From Microthyrium microscopicum (Eukaryota): a stretch of 64,000 nucleotides of DNA. The notes beneath the pieces are model-generated. The model saw only the letters and a list, made by a program, of their open reading frames with translations. It was not told the origin of the DNA and did no database searches. Positions 40,295 to 53,172 of this stretch are shown here, piece by piece; positions within the stretch are counted from its first letter, which is position 1, and each line of letters starts with the position of its first letter. The position numbers and the translations under genes are program-made. The DNA lies in assembly GCA_010405405.1 (NCBI GenBank), contig MU004236.1, positions 1,494,070 to 1,558,069 on the forward strand, given 5' to 3'.

Positions 40295-41887
40295 TGCGGC
40301 ACGTCCCTCAGGGAAGGACAGCCCTCCCCAGGCTCTTGAATGAGGCTACGAATTATAGAAGTTCAACTCGAGCTATCGGTAGCGTTCCTCGGCTAGTGAT
40401 GAGAAATTATTGCAGAGTAGCAAGTCCAGGCCCCAAGGCTGAGATGCGCGGGCTGCTGTATGTCGAGCTTGTGCGATGGTGAAAGTTTGCGGAGTGGAGC
40501 GGTCGAGCAGAACAGCGCAACGACAGCGTCCGTTTGGAAGTTGAAGGAGAAGCTGATGGTACAGACTCTACAGAGAGGAAATTGAATATTGGTTCAAGTG
40601 TGGTAAAAGCTTCGCGTGCAGACGGAGCTCTGATGCCAGAAACTTGAAGCAACGGGTGGACCAGGGTGTAAAAGCTTGGGTGACGATGGTGGGCGGTTGG
40701 TAGTACGAATCAACGTAGATGGAGATGCGGGGAGGAAAAGGGTACGGCGAGAGGATTATTGGGGATGGTGATGGTGTGAGAAAGAGAAGTTTGGGATTGG
40801 TGACGGAGGATTAGCTTAGTAGCGGTTCAGTAGCAATAGGTAGCGGCCATCGTCAGTCTGTGAACAAGTGGAAGGCGTTAAGCGCTTATGCCATCGATGC
40901 CAAAGGCAATTGCGTTGGGTGACTTGCTTTTTCGCGTTTGTTGACCAATCACATATCACTGGCGGCTAATCGATCACGTGCAGATTCACAAGGCTGAAGA
41001 TCTTGAAGAAACACTTCCAAAACTTTTGCTCTTCTCCGACTCCAAGCATCTGCGGAGTACACGCCGCAAACAGCCCAGCACAATCAAGCGTCATTTGATG
41101 TGTAGTCAGAGAGAGCAAGTGAACATCCATCTAGTCTAATACTTGCTGTTTGACTGCGAGCTCCTGCCAAACTTCGAATATCAAACTAGCAAGCGCTTTC
41201 CCAGACTTGTCACCACCGCTTTTCTCACAGTTGACGCCTTGATGACTGAAGCACATTGAGAGCGTTAACATGTTATGTCAGGCCGATCCAGGAGTGCGTC
41301 CGTCTAATTGGCAAGTTTACCACGTCAGCCTCATAATACGCATGTCAGGTTGTAAGGCATTTCTGCAGGTGTAGTATATGTATCGTGACATTGGACGGTA
41401 ATGTTCGGTCACAGAGAGTTGAGCCTATTCTCAACGTGAAAAGGGTATCAAGGAATATCTGACTGGTCTCCTTCCCCGTCCATGGCTTGTACCATATCGT
41501 TGTCCAAAGCCCAAGACTTCCGTTTCCCGAAGGAGATTGAAGTTTATGAAATATAATTAGATAAATATACATGACCAACATCAATCTGCATATGAGGTTG
41601 ACTTTAGTAATGTAGCAAGATAACAAGAAGCAGTTTGCCGATTGACGGTGAGTTTCTTCGCCTCTCGCGCACCTTACCGTAACGTCTTGTACTCGTGTCA
41701 TTATGACAGTTATGTTGAAGGCAAAGACTAGAGCCCACGAAAGTCGACGTTATCACGACTCGAATCTCCACCTTTTCTAGCCGGACGTTGAAATACTTAA
41801 ATGATCCACAGTGCTAGCATTTCAAAGTTTAAGATAATATAAATACTTTTTGCAATTTCATCTTTGATTTGTCCAATATTTCCAAGG

Positions 41888-42116
41888 TACACCCGGATTC
41901 GAAAAGTGATGGTCGCCCAGACACACCCCTCCCTTATTGTTTTTCAGGAAGTCTATCAAATTCAACCAATTACAGCTTGGTCATCCACAAAAAGTTAGTA
42001 TCTGGAACGCTAAATCAGCTGAAATGTAGGCGATTTTAGCCATGATTGGTCAATCTGTATAAAGATTAGGATACATGGGGCGGGTCAGCGACCATCACTT
42101 TTCGAATCAGGGTGTA
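41888..42116. mobile_element. MITE (Tc1/mariner-like), 225 bp, TA target duplication
   Basis: 27-bp TIR CACCC(G/T)GATTCGAAAAGTGATGGTCGC at 41890 and ending at 42114 (1 mismatch), flanked by TA. Confidence 0.8.
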
Positions 42117-42128
42117 CCACCACGGTAG

Positions 42129-42357
42129 TCGACCTCTCGAGGGACAATAAGTGAGCCGTTTCGACGACCACTCCCATCGATTGCGATCTTAAATAGCGAT
42201 TACTTGAATTCCCATCAGCGTCGTAAAATTTATATCGAATTATCCAAGACCAAGGTAATCAAAGCAATCACTCTTTAAAAAGTGTTATGGCAAGCCATCG
42301 CAATCGATGGGCGTAGTTGTTGAAACGGCTCACTTATTTTGTCCACGCAGAGTTCGA
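42129..42357. repeat. Foldback/MITE-like inverted repeat
   Basis: 42-bp arms at 42146-42187 and 42297-42338 (AATAAGTGAGCCGTTTC...CCCATCGATTGCGAT, 4 mismatches), with weaker extension outward. Confidence 0.75.
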
Positions 42358-43692
42358 GGTGGGACCTTTATTACCGCCTACTACGGTATTAAAAACTTTC
42401 CTGACCCACCCAACCAAAATGAACCCACTTCTCCGCAATCAACCTTCAATGCTTCATGCACAAAATTGCTCCTAGCATGGCCTATGAGATAACGCGGGAA
42501 ATGTCAGCGACCTAGCCATTGAGACCAATTTCTCCAGCCTTGATAAGAATTCGTGCCAAGTTCCATAAGCCACATACCTCCTTGTCTTTGCACCAGCTCT
42601 ATTCCACGGGCAGTTGAGACTGGGAATTGGTGATCCAGGGCGCAAAAGTGCGAGGTTGGTGGAACTTTTGAAATCTGAACAACCTGTAAGTACTTGTATC
42701 CACGGCTTTTTGAGGTACTGTCAAGCGACCGAAACACTGGTGTTGTATGCACTCCCTACTAGCCTAAAGTAAGGCGGCCACTTCCCCGGACTCAGGAACC
42801 GACAACGCTTTTACTGTTGAAATATGCATCAACCGGCCAACCAGTACTAACTACCTACTGTACACTAACCCCTACTATCCCTAATTTCCAGCAAGTTTTG
42901 GAAACTTCAGGCCAGGACTTGATTACACTTTCGTGGATGCCGTAGAGTGCGTTTCTTTAGAAAGGTGAGTGGTAGCTGATCGTATTACAACCTGACATTC
43001 TGAAAGATAGACTGACAGACCATCAGGTAGACTAACGAGAGTCGCTACCGTTGTTTTTCTAATCTTGTACTTATTTGTAAGCGTACCTGGCAAGGTCTCC
43101 AGCCTTGGCCCACAGGGGAAGACAAACTTGTTCTAGAGACGACTTAAACCTCAACCCAACAGTCCCAACTGTACAATGAGCGTTCTAGAAAGGTTGCTTT
43201 ACCCTGGCCTTGGGAGGCCGCTAATGCACGTGGAGGCTTTAGAAACCGCTCAGCGAGCTGTGCGGCCATGACTCTTACTACATAGTAGAACTTGACAGGT
43301 TTGGCAGGTTTTACGATGGATAGGATAGCATGTCTAGGTAGAGCACAAGAATGCGCCCATCATCGTCGCATTAGAGTTGATCAGCGTTGATTCAAACGCC
43401 TCCGATAAGGCTGTTCTTTAGCAAGCGGCTCAGCGACATTGCTTCGGAAAGAGCTGGATGATAACCGCGAGCAACCATAAGTCTGAGTTGCGTGACGCCA
43501 GCGAGTCAGGACGACTCCAAGCTTTACCGACTAAGACTTTGTGGCGTTTCTCCGCAGTCAAATGCACCCTTCTTAATCATGCGAATTTCTTCGCTTTTCT
43601 TCTGCTTGTTACCTGGCTACTAAACTGTCAAACTGTCTACACAACTTCAACACGTCTGTTGACAGGCATGCTCGCCGGTTCCAGTCTCAGTC

Positions 43693-45490
43693 ATGGTTTT
43701 TACTCTGCCGCTCAATGTCATCGCCAACTGGCCAAAACCCAACTATGACAATCCTGTCACTAGAAGTCATTTCGAGCTATGGTTCTTGCCTGGCATCTTT
43801 CTCTTTGCGGCAACCACATGTGTATTCGCTAGGCTCTGGGTCAGAGTATACGTGCGGCGATGGTTTGGTGTTGATGATTTGTGTATTCTCATTGCATTTG
43901 TAAGTCCAATTGAAAAGGACTGTCAACGTCTCTAACCATGCGAAGCTTTGCACAGTGGGCGTTTCTGCACTGGTTGGCATTGGAAATAGTCGAGAGGGAT
44001 GGGATAGGCATATATGGGATGTAAAGTTCACCCTTTTTTCGCGTAAGTTCCAGATCACAGCACGTTCAACCTTACCTTCGATGATCTAATGCTCTCTCAG
44101 CCTCTTTAAGAATTCTTTATTGGACTCGGATTTTTTGGGGACAGGCAGCTTCATTCACTCGGTTCTCGGTCATTTGCCTCTATTATCGACTCATCAAGGC
44201 GTGCGAGGCCCCACGCCATTTTTTCTGGATAATGCATGTAGCAACCTTTTTGAACGTTGCCATATGGCTTAATTTCCTTTTCACTGGAATCTTTCCTTGC
44301 TAGTAAGTATTTCTAAACTCGCCAACTGCCCTTGCGCTAATCATTCAAAGCCCAATCAATGCGTACTGGACATGGCCCGCAAACACAAAAGCATACTGTA
44401 TCAACGACGGCACTTCCATGCAAGCTGCTGGTGTGCTCAATACTTTTGCCGAGTTTATCCTAGCAATATTGCCCGTTTTTGCAGTTTTCCGATTAAGGGT
44501 CCAGAAAAAGCAACGTTGGGCCATCATTGCTCTTCTCTCCATGGGCTATATAGTTGTTATTGCGGGATGCTGCCGGACATATTTCATATGGAGAGTACTC
44601 GAAAGCAACGATCTGACTTGGTACTCAGGGCCGCAGTGGATTTGCTCTGAGATTGAAAACGACTTGGCTCTAGTCGGTTCTTCCCCCTGTCATTTCAATT
44701 GATTGAAACTAACCAACTGCACTAGATCGTTGCCTGTGCAGTGCCTTTAAAGCCCGCCTTCGGTCGCACGCTTCGACACTTCAACATAACTAAAGTTGTT
44801 GATATCGAGAGCAAGGAAAGCGGAAGCGACACGTTAACCTCATACACCAATCACAAGGCAGACGCCCGAGAAATACTCGACTGGGAAGCCTCGATGAGGA
44901 TTGTTGATCTGGAAGGCATCGCCGACGATGGCCTGGGCTATACAGTTACCATCACTGGCCCACTAACACCACGACCCGGCGAAAAACCTCTGAGCTGGTT
45001 TCAACGCTCATTACTGAGCAAAGCATTCTCCCGAAGAGAAAGTACTCAAAGTGCTACATCATCAGAACCTACGCCAGTGATATCCATTCCACAGAAAACC
45101 GAGTTAGCTATTCGCGAGAGCTGGCGCGGGTCGCATGACCGGACAGACCGCTGGGGATCCATAACCAGCAATACAAGTGGGAGCATTATGGATCTGAATA
45201 CCTCATTAGACCAATTCCAGTTCTCCTCGGAACGTCCAGAGAGCAAGGCTACTGTGCCAGCGGACACTGTTGGATTTAACGGTACATTACACAACGAAGA
45301 TTTAAAGGGACCAGCTCTCGCCCTAAGCCGCTCCAGTCACAGTTCTGTTCCAGAGAAAGCCACTGAAATCCTAGGCATGAATTCGATACCAGAAGACCAA
45401 CCAACCGAAGATGTATACGAAATGTCTCCAGTTCCTTCCAGAGCACGATTCACCCTCGTGAACAAGTTATTAGGAAGAAGCTCACAATAG
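43693..45490 (+). CDS. PTH11-like (fungal rhodopsin domain) integral membrane protein, about 5 exons
   Basis: NWPKPNYDNPVTR, ARLWVRVYVRRWFGVDD, GWDRHIWD, later TM segments, EIENDLAL/IVAC, long Ser-rich tail. Confidence 0.8.
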
Positions 45491-45917
45491 CTCTGTATTT
45501 TACGGCCTTATGAATATTGATACCCATTGAGAGTCTACCAAGATCCTTGATAATGTCGAATAAACGATCAGTTTCCATCTTTGTCAATTCTGATTCAGTG
45601 CAGGTTGCTATTGCCGCTTTGCATTTGAACAGATCAAATAATGCAGCTACTCAGAACAGCATCCGTAAAGACAGGTGCATACACCCGTAGTGATATGACG
45701 TTATTCATCATTTTATTAGTCGTCCCATCATAAAGCTGGCTGCCTAGATGCCCCAGAAAAGCGTCTATCGTCTGCAGTACAGGTGCAGCTGCATCTGCTC
45801 TCCACGCGTGCAGAGCTTAAAACACCCACATGGTGAATGAAACGCGGCCAACTCACGTCCCATTTGCCCGTTCAAAGGGACTCCCAGAAGTTTTCATAAA
45901 TTGCCAGTCGCGTCTCC

Positions 45918-46472
45918 TCACTCAGGCCTCGCATTGTTGCCCACTCCCTGAACAGGTGCATTCGTCCCACTGGCTAGCCCTTCATCAGGCGACCCATCCA
46001 CTAACCGCATCGTCTCCTCCAACACCAACAGATCTCGTTCCAATACCTCGGCCCAATTCTGCACATCTCCGAGCTCCTTGAGCTTCTTGACAGACGAATC
46101 CATCTCCTTCTGCCAGCGACCGCTCTGCTTGGCCAGCGCGGCCGTTTGCGCGCGCAGTGTCTTCTCTTGCTCCGCTAAAGCTCCTGCATTGCTGTGGATG
46201 TCACTAGCGCGTGCTTGTAAGTCGCTGTCGATATGGGCACCGACGGATGCAAGAGTCGCGGTGACGGCGGCACGGGCTTCGGTGAGTGATTGCTCGTTAG
46301 TTTGGACGCTGGTCGGCGGAGAGGAGCTGGATGGGTTTGGCGAAGTGGACGTTAGCTGGGAGGGTGTGGTGGAGGATGAAGAGGGCGCCGGCGGTGCTGC
46401 GGTGAGCTGGGTGCTTTGGCTTGACTCTCCAGAAGAAGCATTTAACTGCTCGGGTACTGATGCTTGTGTCAT
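45918..46472 (-). CDS. BLOC-1 subunit 1 (BLOS1/GCN5L1-like)
   Basis: LKELGDVQNWAEVLERDLLVLEETMRL signature after a coiled coil. The start is taken at the MTQAS ATG. Confidence 0.85.
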   Translation of the reverse strand: MTQASVPEQLNASSGESSQSTQLTAAPPAPSSSSTTPSQLTSTSPNPSSSSPPTSVQTNEQSLTEARAAVTATLASVGAHIDSDLQARASDIHSNAGALAEQEKTLRAQTAALAKQSGRWQKEMDSSVKKLKELGDVQNWAEVLERDLLVLEETMRLVDGSPDEGLASGTNAPVQGVGNNARPE

Positions 46473-47288
46473 TCTGGCTAGTGATCGAGAGGCTCTGATC
46501 AAGTCTAGTGAAGTGGTTAGAGCAGTTGAAAGCGGACGGAGCTTCGATGTTAGAGCTACTCCACTACTCCGCGAGCAGAGTAGTTTATTACCAGGATTGT
46601 GCATAGTTGCAGTTTAGTCCAATAAGAACTCGCAAGGCTGAAGACTTCTACAAGGCTGAGGACTACTTCCTATCCGTTAGCCTTGATGCAATCTAGTGAC
46701 CTCAACGAGTATTGACCTACATTATCATTCTCAGAAAGAGGGCGGCGCAGTAAGATATATGTACTAGCGTTGATAATAGCAATAAACAATGTTTCGAAAC
46801 AGCGCCAGGTTATGGCCCTGTACTCGTGGTTCGCCCTGGCTCGGACGACAAGTTGTTGATTAAGCTTTCTCATTTACGTTGATTAAATTATCCCACGAAA
46901 GTCAAATATGGCTTGTCTATGTAAGTGGCTTTGATTGTTGAGACCACTTTTACGACTTCTTTTTAGGTGCTTTCTTGTGCCACTACTATATTCTCCAATT
47001 GGCTTCGTGCAATAGAGCCGTTCGTCTCGATTTAGACCAACGTATCGTTACACCAAAGCGGCGCATTCAGGAAGGTGTTCCTCTAGGAGCTTCAGAACCA
47101 TGGAAGCCGAGTGAGCATGTGCAGGTCATTCTGGGGTACCTTACAAGCCTAGCACTCCAAAGATCCGTTATCAGACCCCAGGGTCCGGAGGAAAATAACT
47201 ACACCACTGAATTTGCTCGATACCAAAACTTTCCAGATCACAGCAACCTCACCATATTGGGAGAGAGGTGATCTGGATAGAAGCAGCC

Positions 47289-48138
47289 ATGCACCAAACC
47301 AAATGGCAATTCTGTACGTAGTCTGGATGTGTCGTATTTGAGGTCTTCTAATAGATTCACTAGTTCGCGTGTCCGTAATCCTACTTCTTTACGCCGCCGT
47401 ATGCTTTTTCAGTGTTGTCTTGCTCAGCAATGCTGTCAATCTAGGCGATTTCAATAAGAGCTTTCATAAAAGCATCACTTCTCCCGAAGTTCTTAAGCTT
47501 ATGGAAGACATCACAATTCAGATGGATCCTATCCATCTGGGGCTGGCAACTTCGATAGTTGGAATGGCTGTCGCAGCAATTGGCATGATAGATACATTCT
47601 GGAGCTTCAAGGCTGTCTCTGGGGTACGAATTATGTTCATATGTCGACTTCAATCCACTGACTTATGAGACTAGCCAACCCGCATCACATGGGTTCTGAT
47701 ACGTACGGTCGTTCTACTCTCATTTTCGGGCATATCAGTCGCATTGGCCGTATGGACTGCTCTTCTTCACTACAACAGCCACTTGACCACAGGTAGGCAA
47801 ACAGTCGCTGCTAGGAAATCAGTCATAACTTTTTGCCTAACTGTTATGCAGAAGACATTCTAAAGCGACCGTCCAATCCAATCGATATGGAGAACGTAGT
47901 GTGTCTGCTCAAGAACGTAGATCCTACGTTCTCCGATCCTGCAACCACAAAGTCCTTGGAAAAGCATTGCGAATATGCAACGGCAATGCGATGGTGCTCA
48001 ATACCATTGGGAGGAATGTCTCTGCTTCTTCTGATCTTGGGCTTCCAGATGCAGAAATTGTCGCAGCCTGCACCAGCTGACAACTCCCACGAATTAACCA
48101 ACTGGAAGAGACTCTCTTCTCGGGTTTCCCGACGATGA
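47289..48138 (+). CDS. Small multi-pass (about 4 TM) membrane protein, about 4 exons
   Basis: MHQTKWQF spliced to FRVSVILLLYAAVCFF...; hydrophobic segments in ORFs 47369 and 47833 linked by GT..AG introns. Confidence 0.55.
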
Positions 48139-48582
48139 TCATGATCATATTCGACTGTACGGAGTTTTGAAGGATACCGAATCGTGTTTACTGATATACA
48201 AACCTTATTTATACCCTTCCAGAAAGCAAAAGCCTATTCAAATATGATGACTCGGTAGATATTTCTATGTCGTCCGACAAAAATCACAATACTTAGCATA
48301 TTGCTGCGGGTTTTGAACATCTGGCACCATTGTGAGTTTCCAGAAAGACGGGTTATGGTAAAATTGTGGATTAATCACGTTGAACAGCAACATGGCATAC
48401 ATGAGGAGGGATATTGTTATGAACAGGAACGGCATTCTATCTCATCGACTGCTTTTGTCCCGCTACTTGCTGTAGACGTTGTGGTTGGCGCCCAACAAGT
48501 GCCCACAAACCGGACAACTCAGGTTTTCATCACCAGCATTCCCTTAAAATGACCGCATAACTCATGCGGACAGAATCGCGAA

Positions 48583-49490
48583 TCAGTGAATGATGATCCG
48601 ATCATCTTCAGCGACAGCGGGATCGATTTTGCCTTGGTTGCTGCTTGTGGACAGAGTAGAAGCAGTCAGATCCGCTTCAGTGACTTCCCAATGTGCTCCC
48701 ATGTTGGTGTCAGCGCCCTCCTTCTTGATGGACAAAGTCGCGTCGGCATCTGAGTACACTTCGTTAGCAGCAACACCAGCAATATACAGACGAACTTACC
48801 AGCGACTTCCTTCTTAATCAGTGAATTGGGGGCTGGGGTTTCAGCATGAGCATCAACCTCCATTTTGACTCCAACATCGATACCACCAGAGTTAGTTAGA
48901 TTTTCAACCTGTAAAACAGCTTCTTCCTTCAGGGCCGGAAGGGTGTACAAGCAGAGCCGTTTAACTTGACGGCGAACAGCCCACTCCTCCGTTGCCCGGA
49001 TAGCATCCAACGGATCCTCGCTTTCATCCCCTGACTCCTCATCGTCTTCTTCGTCCTTTACTAGCTTATCTTTTTGCTTGCTCTTTTCCTTGGCTAGAGT
49101 AGGATAGAAAACATCATCCTCCTCATCACTTTCGAACTGCCCTGCTTTCTTGCCGCTCTTGCCTGCCGCGCTTTCCTTATACGGACCGCAGGAGGCAGCT
49201 TTCGCCTCCTCTGCCTCCTCTGCCTCCTTCTCCGCCTCCGCCTCCGCCTTTTCAATCTTCTTCTGGATGTCGCTTAATCTAACCCAACGCATCCGCGCCG
49301 CGTGGTCATTGAGGTCTTCGATGGAACGTTCGGCGTATCCGATGCGTTCGGCGCGTTCGCTTTCGGCGCGTTTGGCGCGTTTGGTCATATAGACACCCAT
49401 GTCTTCCCAATCAATATGTCTAGTATCGAGTCGACAGATGATCCTGCTAAGGAAGACGATCTTTTCTTTGTCGGTAAAGTTAGGGAACAT
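48583..49490 (-). CDS. Myb-like DNA-binding domain protein, paralogue A (intron about 48750-48799)
   Basis: TDKEKIVFL...IDW...NDHAARMRWVRL, acidic FESDEEDDVFYP; ends DDRIIIH*. Confidence 0.7.
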
Positions 49491-50077
49491 ATCTGAGGAC
49501 GGCAGGTACTTTGTTCAATAAAGCTGTGCGCAGGCTGAATGCACTTAGTTACTACAAGATTTGTATGTGAGAGTTTTAGGAGACTTCCTCCAGGAGAAGG
49601 AGACCAGTCTACCTTATGGCATATGGAGAGTATATTCTATGGTGTTTCGGTGTTGATCATGTCACTGAGTTGATGTCTGTATCTGATAGTAGCAAGCATT
49701 GTATGATAAAATGATGTTAACACTGATCTATGGAGTTATGCTTCTGCACATATCAAGCTTCTTTCAAAAATTTATCTCAACAACATTCGAAAGATGTCGC
49801 TCGAGGTGAATCATAGCAGATATTATTGTCAATGGTGAAATGGTGGAATCAGAAGACCAGTGACTATGATAAAAACTAACTTATCGAGTATAATATTATG
49901 AGGTAGACTTGCTGAGGATAAATTTATGATCATTGAACCTGTTTAATCTAATCAAAAGCTAGGTAATGCTCAACGTCTGACACGATATCTGTATATTCCG
50001 CCGAGCAAATGGTGGTGATCTGCAGTGATAGCTCAATAGCATCGTAAAGCATCCTCTTATCCAGACAGAATAGCAAC

Positions 50078-50940
50078 TCAGAGAATGATGATGGGCTCAT
50101 TTTGGGCGAGCTCGACGACAGGAGGCTCAGATTCGGATTGTAAGATGCTTTGGGGGCTGCTTTCAAGAGCAGTTGGAGCGTCTGTCATGATCGACTCTGT
50201 AACTTCCTCAACTTCAGCAAATTGTGCTCCCATTTTGGTATCAGCATTATCCTCCTCCTTGATGAGCAAATTTGAGCTCGCATCTACGTTATATTGTCAG
50301 CACAAGAACCAAATACAAATCAAACACGCTTACCAGCATCTACAAGCTCACCCAGGCCTTCGTTTGAAGCAGCCGGCTCAGCATCTGTGAGCGGGACTTC
50401 TTCAACAGGGGCATCAATCTCCATCTTCACGCCAACACCAGGACCACCAAACTCCGTCAATGATTCCATCTTGACATCCGCCTCTCCAGCTACCTCTGCA
50501 GATGCCTCAGCCTTGACCACCGGATCGCACTTGATTATCAGATCGCTCTTGACCACCGGATCATTCTTGACCACCGCATTACCCATCGCAGCTAGCCGCT
50601 TTGCTTTCCGATGAGCATCCAACTCATCCTCACTCTCATCCTCCACCTTCTTGCATTGTTTTTTGCGCTTCAACGACGGATAAAACACATCATCCTCCTC
50701 GTCCTCAAACTGCGCCATCTTCTTGCCGCCTTTGCCCGCCGCTGGACCATCCTTCCGTGGACCACGCTTGCCAGGAGTCAGATTATCAGCTTTCTGGCGC
50801 AAACGATGGAAGCGCATGCGCGCTGCGTGGTCGTTGTTGATGTTACATTGGGCGGCGACGAGTCGCCAGTTGACATGCTTGGTCTCGAGTTGGCGGACGA
50901 TTGCGTAGAGAAAGGAGACGTTTTCTTTGTCTGTTGGCAT
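50078..50940 (-). CDS. Myb-like DNA-binding domain protein, paralogue B (intron about 50284-50333)
   Basis: MPTDKENVSFLYAIVRQ...VNWRLVA...NDHAARMRFHRLRQK, acidic FEDEEDDVFYP; ends EPIIIL*. Confidence 0.75.
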
Positions 50941-51857
50941 GGTTTGAAATGGTAGAAAAAATTGGTTTTATGAAGGTTGGGATGGGAGCAGGCTTGGATG
51001 GATACGAATTCTGCTGAATTCGTATGTGAGAAGTTATGGAGAGATTTTGAGAGATCAGATCCTTTCAGTCTGTTTTAAAGCATTCAAAGATGTTCTTATC
51101 GCAAGAATAATCATGTTTGCTTACCGAGTGTCTGCATTTGAAAAGTAGCAAGCATTGTATGACTGAGGAATGCATTTCTAATAGTTGTTCTTTGTCTGTG
51201 ACCAAATCATCTGAGCGGAATATTGGAGAACAAAGACAAACAGAAATACTTACTACGAATACTACAAACATGATTTGGATTTCGACTGGAGCTCTGAACT
51301 CAACAAACAAGAAGAATCACGATGATGAGCAGAACAGGACTTCGTTATGCGATATCAATTCCGTAACTGCTTAGAGATTATGTTTTTAAATTCTACAGAT
51401 GAAACCTGGCCTTGATCAAAGATTTGGAGGTAGATTCTCAATATTAGACCTGTAAAGCTATCGTTGTTTCTTGTCAGGTCCTTAGACATTCAGAGACATG
51501 GCAAAGTGAATGGCCTAGTTCTATCAACGTCAATGAATTCCGCCAACTTTTTTACCAAGATCTGCTATATTTGCTATGGCACTCGATACAATATCGGAGC
51601 TCGAACGCCCTTGATAAAAAATTTGAAGCACTCAATAACAGAGCTTGATAGATAGTAGATGTCGTAGTAAATGGGAGCACGCCATGTTACACTTGCCGTG
51701 TTGTTGATCACCTTTCCAACCAATATGAAAAACGAAAAGAATCACAACCACTCAGTCTTTGTAGCCGTCGTACAGCATTCAGTAGCTGATGGAGCACCCT
51801 GGTTTCCAGTGGCAGTGTGTGAGGAAATTTTATATCAGGTACTTTGCGCTTTGTTGC

Positions 51858-52655
51858 CTAGATGCTTCTAAGACATTTCCGATGTAGCGAAGATTTCGCA
51901 ATATCGCATGCCATAAGGCTCCAATGGACCTGATAAACGGAAGCCAAAGCTTTCGAAGATGATGACCATAACCGGGGACCCGTGCGACTACAGTCTTTAC
52001 AAATCACCCATTCGAAAACTTTGAAAGCAATTTGTACGTCCTGAAGCTCTTTCAAAGGATCGAATAGATGATGCATCTTTTCCTCCAAAAATAAACCCCC
52101 CAGGTAAGTCGTGTAAGAGGATTCATCGTTTTCTGCCATGAAAGTGCCGACTCGAATATGAATATCTAGCTCTCTCAAATTGGAGGGAGAAGAGGTGAGG
52201 AATTGGACCAGGCTTTTTAGTTTGCTGCTCCCCTTGAAAACTTCTTGGTCAAGCTTGATGTGTAAGCGGAGTGATTGGACATTGCGAAGGATTGCTGGAA
52301 GAGAGAATGGCTGATGAGTCTTTCCCAAGAATAGAAATCCTTCTTTCTTGTAGTCCATAGAATATGGTATGCCGCAAGACCACATACTGCCGATTTCCTC
52401 GGTTATCGCAGGGCTTATCTGGAGAATAGCTCTACAGGGTATTGAGTGTTCGAACTGTTCAGACCACTGGAAACGTTTTCGGCCAATATTATCCCCTTCG
52501 GCGTACTTTCGACCCGATCGTAGGTAATATTTGTATATCATGGTCCGAATTTCCAGCGGTAAATCCATAAGGCGGAATGACCCTTTTGACGAGAGTTCGT
52601 CGGTTCTGAGGTCTGCGATCGCCGGGTCAATGGCCTTATTCAAAAGTGTGCTCAT
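51858..52655 (-). CDS. F-box-like domain hypothetical protein
   Basis: 265-aa ATG ORF with FRLMDLPLEIRTMIYKYYL near the N-terminus and LRELDIHI-type repeats. Confidence 0.65.
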   Translation of the reverse strand: MSTLLNKAIDPAIADLRTDELSSKGSFRLMDLPLEIRTMIYKYYLRSGRKYAEGDNIGRKRFQWSEQFEHSIPCRAILQISPAITEEIGSMWSCGIPYSMDYKKEGFLFLGKTHQPFSLPAILRNVQSLRLHIKLDQEVFKGSSKLKSLVQFLTSSPSNLRELDIHIRVGTFMAENDESSYTTYLGGLFLEEKMHHLFDPLKELQDVQIAFKVFEWVICKDCSRTGPRLWSSSSKALASVYQVHWSLMACDIAKSSLHRKCLRSI

Positions 52656-52839
52656 CTTCCAGTCGCGGTCTATAATGTACCAGATTTTATGGTACGAGGT
52701 AGTGTTTGTATCTTTTGATTCGAATCTGCGGAGGTAGCTGAGGGTTCCAAAGTTGAGAATGGAAGTTTAGGGAAAGAAAGCTTTGGACATTTAGAGAAGT
52801 GGACGGGTTTTGTATAGGTAGGCATAGAAGCGCGACAGG

Positions 52840-53172
52840 TTCAATATGCAGTCTGTACCATGGTTGAAAATGAAGCTAACTAAACTGGTATACCAAAGCA
52901 GATTAACATTGTAAAGTCTTACATAAAACGAAAGTTGAACTGCTGCTGAGTAGGATTCAATTTGAAGTCTGCACTATGGTTGAAAAGCAGCTAACTGAGA
53001 TGGCATACCAAAGCAAGATCGATATCGTAGAGCCTTACATAAACGTATATTGAAGTTCGGCTGATTACGATTCAATTTGAAGCCTGTATCATGTTTGAAA
53101 ATGAAGCCAACCAGGCTGGCTTACCAATACAATATCGATATCGCAAATCTCACCCAGAAACATATCAATGTT
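52840..53172. repeat. Degenerate tandem repeat, about 3 x 115 bp
   Basis: Units begin TTCAAT(A/T)TG(C/A)AG at 52840, 52956 and 53071 and share ATG(G/T)TTGAAAA..GC(T/C)AAC...TACCAA. Confidence 0.85.

Noticed and set aside
42863..42890. CTAACCCCTACTATCCCTAA telomere-like stretch
   Set aside because: Imperfect and short, with no supporting RNA structure nearby.
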